This document shows, piece after piece, positions 35,597 to 43,446 of a stretch of DNA of 64,000 bases. Source of the stretch: Candidatus Latescibacterota bacterium (GTDB taxonomy: Bacteria > Latescibacterota > UBA2968 > UBA8231); assembly GCA_965215195.1 (NCBI GenBank), contig CBDCDC010000002.1, positions 4,352,001-4,416,000 on the forward strand, given 5' to 3'. The first letter of the stretch is position 1. Each line of letters starts with the position of its first letter. Below the pieces are notes generated by a model. The model was not told where the DNA came from. It searched no databases and worked only from the letters and a program-made list of their open reading frames with translations. Made by a program: the position numbers and the translations under genes.

Positions 35597-38500
35597 GGGG
35601 CTTCGTGCGCTTGTAGGTCTTGGTAGATTTGGTCGTAGTAGTGCCGGAGCAAGGCGCGGTACTCCTCGGGATAAGGACCGGCGAGGGCTTGGCGCAGGGC
35701 TTCGCGCCACAGGTCGGGCGTCTGCCCGCGATCTGCGGGCAAGGCGATTGGGCCAGCGTAGGGCTGGTCAGTGGCCGTAATGCTGCGCCGCTTTTCATCA
35801 AAGCCGCGGCTGTGGATGGAGCGGCTGGCGTCGAGCATGCGCTGGTACGTGCGCTCCTGATTTTGCCGCGTGCGCTGGTTGAGCCGCCCCCGCTGCAAGT
35901 CGGCGAGCACGTCCCGCATCTCTTCTTGTATGGCTTGCACCCGCTGTTGCGCCCCGCGGTGACCGCGCAGCGAGCGGGCGATCTCGTCGAGTGCCTGCAT
36001 GAGGCCCTGCTGCTGGGCGCTGAGGCGCGCAATTTGCCGCTGGAGCGCCGGGCCGGGCATCTGGCCCATGGCCTGCTCGGAGGCTTGGTTGAGCTGGCTT
36101 TGCTGCTCGGAGAGGCCGAGTAGCTGCTGCATGGCCTCGGCAAAAGCCGAGGGGGTCTGGGCCTTGGCGAGGTTGTCGAGACTCTCGCGCAAGAGTAGGA
36201 CGGTCTCGTTGAGATAGCGCATGGCCTCCCGCTGAGGATGGCGCGCTCCCTGCGCGTCGCGCTGGCCGAGGCGCAGGGCCGCGTCGTGCATCTCGCGCAG
36301 GGCATAGCCGATGGTTGCGCTCAGATCGGGGGCGAGGGCCAAGGTGCGCCGGCCCACGGCGGCGATGCGCTCCACGACCTGACTGGTGCCCTGCAGGAGC
36401 GCGAATTGGTCTTGGGCGCGGGCATCGGCAAACAGGCTCTCTTGGCGTTGGGATAGCTGGACGAGGTCGCGCATGGCGCGGCGCAGCTCGCGGCTGAGTT
36501 GGTCCTTTTCTGCGGCGAGGTATTCGTCTTGAAGCTGCTGCAAATCCTCGGCTAGCGCGTTGAGGTCTGCGGCTAGGGCCTGCCCGGTCTGCTGGGCCGC
36601 GCCTTGGGATTGGGTCCGCATCTGGCGCACCATCTGGCGCATCCGCTCGGAGAGTGCTTTGCGCTCTATGTCCTCGGCGCGCTGCGCTAGCTGTTCGGCG
36701 AGCGCGGGGTTTTGCGCGGTCGTGGAGGCACTCAGTTCTCGGAGCTGCTCGGCGAGCCGCTCGGTGTCGCGCTGCAAGCTGCCTTCCTGTAGCTGCTGGC
36801 GCAGGCCGCTCTGGCCGGCCGCGAGCTCGCGATTGATTTGGCTCTGGCGGCGGCCTAGCTCTGAGGCTTGCTCGACGACGGCGCGAAGCTGTTGCTCGGT
36901 CCGCACCTGTTCGAGCAGGGCAATGGTGCGGTTGAGCCGTTGCTGGAAGGCTTGCTGGTCTTCGTTAAAGCGCTTGAGGGCGTCGGCAAGGGCTTGGGGG
37001 TCTGGGTTGCTGGCGGCTTTTTGTAGTTCGGCGAGGGCCTGCTGCATTTCGGGGGTGGCGATGTCGCCCATGAGCTCGCGGATGTGGTCGAGCTTGTCGA
37101 GCAGCTCTTCGGTGCCCGTGCCCTCGGCCTTCATGGAGTCGATGGTTTTCTCCAATTCGGCCGCGAGCTCCTCTACGGAGCGGGCGCGCTCGGCTTCGGC
37201 CTCAAGCGTGGCTTCGAGTTCCTTCTTTTGCTCCCAGCTCAGCTCCTCGCTTTTGAGCAGCTCGCGGCGCACCCGTTCGACGTACGCCTGATGAGCCTGT
37301 CCTTCGGCCGCGAGTTCCTCCAAAGAAGATAGTTGTTCACTCTGGGCTTGGTCGGCCTCTGCGTAGAGTTCGTACAGGGAGGGGAAGCGCAGCGCGTACT
37401 GGCGGCTCTGACCCTTTTGCGGGCCGGACACTTGATTGTTGTCGAGGGCCTCTAGGTGGTAGTAGATGCGGTCTTCGGGCAAGAGGTTGGCGGCCGATAG
37501 GTCCCAGATGTGGCTGACGAGCACTTCGCGCTGGGGGCTGATGGGCAAAGCTCGGCGCTGTTCGGGGCCGTTGTTGACTCGATAGACCAAGGCGATTTCC
37601 TCGACGGAAAAGTCGTCGCTGGCCTCGGCCTTGAGCAGCACCTTGAGGGACTCGGGCAGGTCGCTGTCGCGGCCGGGATCGACGATGGCGATGTCCGGCT
37701 TGTGGTCTTTATGCACTTGGATGGCGTAGCGGATGGGGTCGCGGTTTGTCGCGCCCTTGCGGTCTGTGAGGGCGATGTGGTACGCACCCGGGTGCTCAAT
37801 TTGGAAGGCGACGCGGGCGGTTGCGCCATCGAGTTGGGCCGATAGGGTGTCGTCGAGGACCAAGGCGGCCTTGGACAGGGGCTTGCTGGCCGCAATTTCG
37901 AGGGCGACGCGGGTGCCGGGCAGGCCGTGTATGTCGCCGCCTTCCTCTTCGATGCGGTCGGGCAGCCGGCTGTACGCAGGGTACTGGTAGTGCAAGCGCA
38001 AGCGCTGGACGGCCGGAGGGTCGATGACGCGCACTTCGTATTCGGGCGAGCGGTCGTCGCCAGCCGCGATGGCGTAGCGGAAGGAGCGCTGGACTTGGGG
38101 GAAGGTGTAAGCGACGGAGTCGGCGCGATCGACCACGAGTTCTTCGATTTGGTAGGGTGCTTCTGGGCTTGAGCGACGCACGATGCGGGCGCGGCGCGGC
38201 TTGTGGCCGGCAAAATGCACTTGCAGGGTGGCGTCCTCGCCCTTGATGACCTCGAGGTCACCGGGTCGGACCGCGATCAGGGTGCGCGGGGGCCGCTCGT
38301 ATGCGGTGAGGGGATGGGCGCAGCGCAGCGCGGCTTGGGCGAGGTCATTGCCAAACAGTGCGCCACAGAGGAGCGCGACGGCCGCTACGCCAGCGAGCAG
38401 GCGCAGGTAGGTGTGCAGTGGGGTGCGGTCGAGGATTTGGGCCGGGGCGGCGGTGCGCAAGAGCGCGGCGGCCCGCTCACTCGCCGCCGCAAGCAGCGCG

Positions 38501-38859
38501 GGCGAGTGCAGGGCTGGGTCTGCAGCGGACAGCTCTAGTGCGCTAATCAGCCGCTGCTGGAGCGGGGGACAGCGCCTTTCGACGAAGAGGGCGAAGCGGT
38601 GCTGCGAGAGGAGCATGGGCAAGTGCCGCCTGAGGGCAAACGCCAGCACTCCCCCGGTACCCAAAAGTGCCAAGAGGCCCAAGCCCGTGCGCCAAGGCGG
38701 CGAGAGGAAAAACAGGGCTTCGAGCAGCACCCATAGCAGGGCAAACAGCAAGCCTGCGGCTAGGCCCAAGGTTAGGGTGGAGCACAAGGTCAGGCCCAAG
38801 GCGCGGCGGCGCAGTGCCGCTAGGTGTGCGAGAAGGGGTGGGAGTGGGGTGGAGTTCAT
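35593..38859 (-). CDS. DUF4175-like membrane protein with Ig-like domains and a long coiled coil
   Basis: N-terminal TMs, RLISALEL, YQYPAYSRLP, EASDDFSV, a Q/E/L-rich coiled coil and PEEYRALLRHYY at the end. Confidence 0.75.
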   Translation of the reverse strand: MNSTPLPPLLAHLAALRRRALGLTLCSTLTLGLAAGLLFALLWVLLEALFFLSPPWRTGLGLLALLGTGGVLAFALRRHLPMLLSQHRFALFVERRCPPLQQRLISALELSAADPALHSPALLAAASERAAALLRTAAPAQILDRTPLHTYLRLLAGVAAVALLCGALFGNDLAQAALRCAHPLTAYERPPRTLIAVRPGDLEVIKGEDATLQVHFAGHKPRRARIVRRSSPEAPYQIEELVVDRADSVAYTFPQVQRSFRYAIAAGDDRSPEYEVRVIDPPAVQRLRLHYQYPAYSRLPDRIEEEGGDIHGLPGTRVALEIAASKPLSKAALVLDDTLSAQLDGATARVAFQIEHPGAYHIALTDRKGATNRDPIRYAIQVHKDHKPDIAIVDPGRDSDLPESLKVLLKAEASDDFSVEEIALVYRVNNGPEQRRALPISPQREVLVSHIWDLSAANLLPEDRIYYHLEALDNNQVSGPQKGQSRQYALRFPSLYELYAEADQAQSEQLSSLEELAAEGQAHQAYVERVRRELLKSEELSWEQKKELEATLEAEAERARSVEELAAELEKTIDSMKAEGTGTEELLDKLDHIRELMGDIATPEMQQALAELQKAASNPDPQALADALKRFNEDQQAFQQRLNRTIALLEQVRTEQQLRAVVEQASELGRRQSQINRELAAGQSGLRQQLQEGSLQRDTERLAEQLRELSASTTAQNPALAEQLAQRAEDIERKALSERMRQMVRQMRTQSQGAAQQTGQALAADLNALAEDLQQLQDEYLAAEKDQLSRELRRAMRDLVQLSQRQESLFADARAQDQFALLQGTSQVVERIAAVGRRTLALAPDLSATIGYALREMHDAALRLGQRDAQGARHPQREAMRYLNETVLLLRESLDNLAKAQTPSAFAEAMQQLLGLSEQQSQLNQASEQAMGQMPGPALQRQIARLSAQQQGLMQALDEIARSLRGHRGAQQRVQAIQEEMRDVLADLQRGRLNQRTRQNQERTYQRMLDASRSIHSRGFDEKRRSITATDQPYAGPIALPADRGQTPDLWREALRQALAGPYPEEYRALLRHYYDQIYQDLQAHEAP

Positions 38860-39032
38860 AGGGAATGGGCTTGGGATCGCTATATAGATGTTGCGGTGCG
38901 GAGCGTGGTTCCGCGTAGGGAGATAAAGTTAGCGCAGGGGTGCTCCCGCCGCCAGATGGCTCCCGCAGCGCGTAGGTGATAGTATGTTTTTTTATGCCGG
39001 ACATTGTTGGTCTTGTTATATTAACTCCCTTC

Positions 39033-39079
39033 TATAATAGAAGCTGATCCAGACATTATAGAAGCTGATCCAGACATTA
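39033..39079 (+). promoter_or_regulatory. TATAAT -10 box followed by a perfect 21-bp tandem duplication
   Basis: tataat at 39033-39038; atagaagctgatccagacatt at 39037-39057 and 39058-39078. Confidence 0.6.
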
Positions 39080-39097
39080 GCTAGGAGGGCAGCTCGG

Positions 39098-41242
39098 ATG
39101 AATACCTTGCGACGAGTATCGTTGATGGTCTGTGGAGTGCTCGCTTTTGCGGCGACGCTGGCAGAGGGATATAACGTCTATCGGCTCGGGGGCGAGGATG
39201 GGAACCCGTGGTCGGCGGCGATATCATATGAGCCTGGGGAGTACTTGGTCATCGGACCGGATGGCCAAGTCCAAGATCGGGTGCTATTCAGTGCCCCTGA
39301 CTCCCACCCGACGTGGAATGACACTCTGATGGTGACTGTCGATAGCACTGGGGGGCTTTGGATGCGCCCCTTCTGGGTGCCGGACACCTTGAATTTGGCG
39401 CAAGACGAGGTGCGCAACCGGATTCCACGGGGGCTGTACGACAATATCGCCGTGGGCGGGACCAATCATACTACGGGCGTAGTCGAAAGGATCCGGCCGA
39501 TGTTCGACGGCGATCCCCGAACGGCGGCCTTCTTTGCCGCTAGCAATACGGAGGATCCAGAAATTCGGAGCCAATTCGTCGTCCAGAACCTAATCGTCGA
39601 CTTTGGAGCGGACTACCCGATCAATCGGGTGCGGTTCTTCCCTCGCTTGTCCAAAACCGATACCAATATCGATCAAATCATCGCGGAGATGGCCCCGCCC
39701 AAGCTGGACAAGGAGGTCCTTGGCGAAGAGGATTTTTCCGACAATTTCCTGCCGTGGTTTGAAATCGCCGGTGCCAATAGTGTGCAAAACTTCGCCGCTC
39801 ATGCTTCCTTTAAGACCGCCGATAGCCCTTGGTTTAAAGGTATTTCCCCCCGTGAAACAGATTCCGAGAACGATTCGCGCCTGACCATTTTGCGTCGGGA
39901 TACAGAAAACCAAGAAACCATCCTCGATGCCCGTTTCCCATTGCAGTCTCTCCAGTGGATCACGATTCGCCCGCTCTACCCGACCTCCAACTGGGAAATC
40001 GCCGAGTTTCAGGTCTTCGGCAAAGGATACGTGCCTCGCGCCATCTACACCAGCGCGGTACTCGACTTTGGCGAGGAGATGGCTTGGGGCAAGATCCGCT
40101 GGAAGGGCGACTACGATCCGGGCAGCAAAGCCCTGATCCGCACCCGTTCCGGCAGCGATGGCGATCCCAACCTCTACTGGCTGCCGAGCGAGGTGGCCGG
40201 CGAGTTCAAGGCTATAACTCGGCAAGAATACGAGCGTGGCAACATCAAGAAGCGCTTTACTACCTTGGACGAGCGGCACTGGAGCTTCTGGTCAGCACCC
40301 TATCCATGGGAGGCGGGACTGGCCGATCCCACGCAGCCACCCCACGCTTGGGTGGACGGCACTGAGATCCTCTCGCCAGGTCCTTCGCGCTACTTTCAGT
40401 TCCAGCTTTTGGTGCTGTCAACTGTCGACCAGAGCACGAAGCTGCAGGAGCTAGAAATACAGTTTGCGCGGCCAGCGGCGTTGGAGGTTGTGGGCGAAAT
40501 CTGGCCGCTGGACGCGTCGCGGACCGAGAGCACCGCATTCACCTACAGTGTGCTGCCGACACTAGAGGCAAGCCACGGCTTCGACCGCCTGGAGATCTTT
40601 ACGCTGACGCGAGCCAACGCAGTGCGCTCGGTGCGGGTCGACGGCGTCGAGGTCAGCGGTACACATCCGCCCGAAATACTCGATGATCGCATCGTCGTCG
40701 GTTTTCCTAAGCTGGCCGGACAGGACGATACGTTCAAGCTAATCGAAGTGGAATTCGACGCACGGGTGGTGCGCTACGGCACCCAGTTCCAGGGCTGGAT
40801 ATTCGACAGCGAGGCCAACGAGGTCAAACAGCTCGTTTCTCCCGGAGACGCAACCGTTGACTTTCCAGGCAATGCGCTGGGGGTGCGCACGGTAGGGTTG
40901 GGCGACGCGCTCTTAGCGGAGGTGGAGGTCTCGCCCAACCCGTTTACGCCCAACGGGGATGGGATCAACGACTGGGCGCGATTCCAATTCCAGTTGCACG
41001 AGGTCTCAACTCCGCGGATGCTGACGGTCAATATCTATGACCTATCGGGGCGTCAGGTACGACAACTACAAGAGCAAAATGCAGTGCGCGGCCTCTTCGG
41101 GGAAGAGGCTGGCATTCTGGCTTGGGATGGGATGGACGATCAGGGTGGCAAGGTGAGGCCGGGAATCTATTTATACCGGGTTGCCCTCAACGCCGATCGC
41201 GGCGAGGAAGTGCAAGTGGGGACCCTCTCGCTGGCGTACTGA
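39098..41242 (+). CDS. Secreted protein with a FlgD/CHU_C-like C-terminal domain (paralog 2)
   Basis: Signal peptide; SPNPFTPNGDGIND...YDLSGRQV...WDGMDDQG...PGIY...LSLAY. Confidence 0.82.
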   Translation: MNTLRRVSLMVCGVLAFAATLAEGYNVYRLGGEDGNPWSAAISYEPGEYLVIGPDGQVQDRVLFSAPDSHPTWNDTLMVTVDSTGGLWMRPFWVPDTLNLAQDEVRNRIPRGLYDNIAVGGTNHTTGVVERIRPMFDGDPRTAAFFAASNTEDPEIRSQFVVQNLIVDFGADYPINRVRFFPRLSKTDTNIDQIIAEMAPPKLDKEVLGEEDFSDNFLPWFEIAGANSVQNFAAHASFKTADSPWFKGISPRETDSENDSRLTILRRDTENQETILDARFPLQSLQWITIRPLYPTSNWEIAEFQVFGKGYVPRAIYTSAVLDFGEEMAWGKIRWKGDYDPGSKALIRTRSGSDGDPNLYWLPSEVAGEFKAITRQEYERGNIKKRFTTLDERHWSFWSAPYPWEAGLADPTQPPHAWVDGTEILSPGPSRYFQFQLLVLSTVDQSTKLQELEIQFARPAALEVVGEIWPLDASRTESTAFTYSVLPTLEASHGFDRLEIFTLTRANAVRSVRVDGVEVSGTHPPEILDDRIVVGFPKLAGQDDTFKLIEVEFDARVVRYGTQFQGWIFDSEANEVKQLVSPGDATVDFPGNALGVRTVGLGDALLAEVEVSPNPFTPNGDGINDWARFQFQLHEVSTPRMLTVNIYDLSGRQVRQLQEQNAVRGLFGEEAGILAWDGMDDQGGKVRPGIYLYRVALNADRGEEVQVGTLSLAY

Positions 41243-41248
41243 TCTAAG

Positions 41249-43210
41249 CTACCAACTCATTACGGCGTTGCCGCTTTCACCGACCCAGTAGTCTATGGCG
41301 TACCAGATGCCGGCAGTGACGAACTGACCGAGGATCAGGCCCATGAAGAGGGGCCGGGTTTTGAGATAGAACGCCGGACCTCCGTAGCGCAGGACGAGCG
41401 TCTTGCAAAGCCAAGCTAGGAACACGCTAAAAAACATCGTGCCAAAGACAGCGCTGATCGGAAAACCCAACGGGTGGAAGGGCCACCACGATACGTGCTG
41501 GCGGGCGGCCATCAAGAGCACCATGGTGCCGGCACCAATGGCTGTGTAGAGCCAATTCTCCCAATGCGGGCCATCGAGAGCTTGCAGCCGTGCGGCGGCG
41601 TTGTCAAAGGGGTAGCGCGCCGCGCCGCCAAAGAAGAAAGGATCGGTGTTGATTCCACCGTAGCGATAGCCTAGATCGAGGATGGCCCAGATCGAGCTAA
41701 AGAGGGTCACGAGGATGGCCAAGAGGACGCCCCAAAAGACGATGCGGCGTCCTTTTTTTATTGTTTCCTCGGCCAGTTTGAGGCCATTGGCGCAGGAGGC
41801 CATGACAAAGGTGAGAATGTCGCTAGCCCATATGTATGTAAAGGCCAAGGCCATGACGCCGGAAGAGCCGATGGTGCGGGTGCCAAAGCCGGCGGCGACG
41901 AAATCCGAGGCGACCATCGGCGCGAAGATAAAGGCCAAGCCTCCTTCGGCGACGACGCGGGTGATGCCTATGAAGAGAACGAAGGCGAAGAAGAGATAGA
42001 TGGGGGTAATCCAAGCGGGCAGGCCCGACTGCCAGAGCCACGCGCCCATAAAGGTCAGACTGCCCGCCAACATCAAGAGTGCTGCCCGGTAGGAGAGGAT
42101 CTCGCCGGAGTCGTCGATTCCGGGGACACCAGAGACCGCCTTGCGCCAGACTGTGCGCAGGTGGTCTCTGGCGTTCCACAGGCCGAAGAGGACCAGTGCG
42201 ACGACGGCCCCGAATCCTTGGTGGACGATGATCGAACCCGTATAGGTACTGTAGGCACCGAGCACGGGATCAACTTTCTGGACGCCGAGTACGTTGAAGA
42301 TGCCCTGCTGGACGGTGTTGAGCAAAAAGAAAAAGCACAGCCCAAAGGCTATGTCGCGGTTGACGAAGTAGGAAAAGCCCAGCATTTGGAAGCTGAGCCG
42401 CAGCGGAACTTGGATACTGTCGCGGAAGAGCGGGACCGAACTATCGAGGGCGACGCGGGGGAAGTAAGGAAAATAGTGATTGAGGCCATTGACGCTCTGG
42501 ATGAAGGCGGGTATGGCAAAGCCGATCCACATCAGCGGATTTTTGAAAAAGGCGTTGAGGACGCTTGGGCGTTGGTCCTCTTCTTGGAGCATGGCGATGG
42601 GCAGCTGAACCAGCGGGAAAATTAGGCGCTCGTTTTCGATCCACTGCTTGCGCAAGACAACCACAATGGAAATCATCGCCAAGTAGAGTGCCAGCGCGAA
42701 CGGTACCCACAACGCCAGCGGGGGTAGCCACAACGCCCAAGGGATGCCCTGCCCCTGCGGCGCACCTTCGTAGAAGTTTTTGATCTGGTCGAAGTCGTGG
42801 TGGGGGATGATCCAATCGGGGACGAGTGGATGGAGCAGCTCGGCCCAGTTGTTTTCGGGGGTGGCATAGTAGATGACGCTGGTGATATCGGGCAGGAGAA
42901 AGGCGGTAAGCCCCCATTCGGGGATGGAGGTGGCGACGATCCACATGATGTAGATGAGCGCCAGTTCGGCTCGGCTCAGCATCCACGAGCGACGCATAAA
43001 GCCCAGCAGGGTGTTGCCGACAAAGACGAGAAAGAAGAAGAGAATGATGGCGGCGGGGGTATTGAAATAGGAGGCGATCCGAGAGCCGTGGAGCACCATG
43101 TTGCAATACGGGACGCCGACACCAATGGCCCAAGCTCCGGCTGCGCCGACGAGGAGCGCACGGAGGCCGGGCCGCTGTGAAGTTGGTGAAGTCGCGGTCA
43201 AATTCTCCAT
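41249..43210 (-). CDS. Polytopic membrane protein, DUF6785/DUF6784-like (putative peptide transporter)
   Basis: Many TM helices; LRKQWIENERLIFPLVQLP, WWPFHPLGFP and RYGG...PLFMGLILG motifs. Confidence 0.72.
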   Translation of the reverse strand: MENLTATSPTSQRPGLRALLVGAAGAWAIGVGVPYCNMVLHGSRIASYFNTPAAIILFFFLVFVGNTLLGFMRRSWMLSRAELALIYIMWIVATSIPEWGLTAFLLPDITSVIYYATPENNWAELLHPLVPDWIIPHHDFDQIKNFYEGAPQGQGIPWALWLPPLALWVPFALALYLAMISIVVVLRKQWIENERLIFPLVQLPIAMLQEEDQRPSVLNAFFKNPLMWIGFAIPAFIQSVNGLNHYFPYFPRVALDSSVPLFRDSIQVPLRLSFQMLGFSYFVNRDIAFGLCFFFLLNTVQQGIFNVLGVQKVDPVLGAYSTYTGSIIVHQGFGAVVALVLFGLWNARDHLRTVWRKAVSGVPGIDDSGEILSYRAALLMLAGSLTFMGAWLWQSGLPAWITPIYLFFAFVLFIGITRVVAEGGLAFIFAPMVASDFVAAGFGTRTIGSSGVMALAFTYIWASDILTFVMASCANGLKLAEETIKKGRRIVFWGVLLAILVTLFSSIWAILDLGYRYGGINTDPFFFGGAARYPFDNAAARLQALDGPHWENWLYTAIGAGTMVLLMAARQHVSWWPFHPLGFPISAVFGTMFFSVFLAWLCKTLVLRYGGPAFYLKTRPLFMGLILGQFVTAGIWYAIDYWVGESGNAVMSW

Positions 43211-43446
43211 AAAAGACAGGCAGTTATCGGCATCTGCTGAATGAGGATAGAATACCCCCGCCCTAGGAGCCTGTCAATAAATTGGGTCAACGGGCGCGAG
43301 TTCCGACGATTTGGGCAGGGGACTAGTCAAGCCAGCAGATTCGCATCGAAAGCAAAATTATATAAATGTGCCGTCTGATTTTTTTTACATTACAAGACAT
43401 GAGCCACCTCAGCCCACGTGCGCTATGCAAACCGGGTGAACGCTAC

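Noticed and set aside
39037-39079. CRISPR array
   Set aside because: Only two abutting copies, no spacers and no cas genes.
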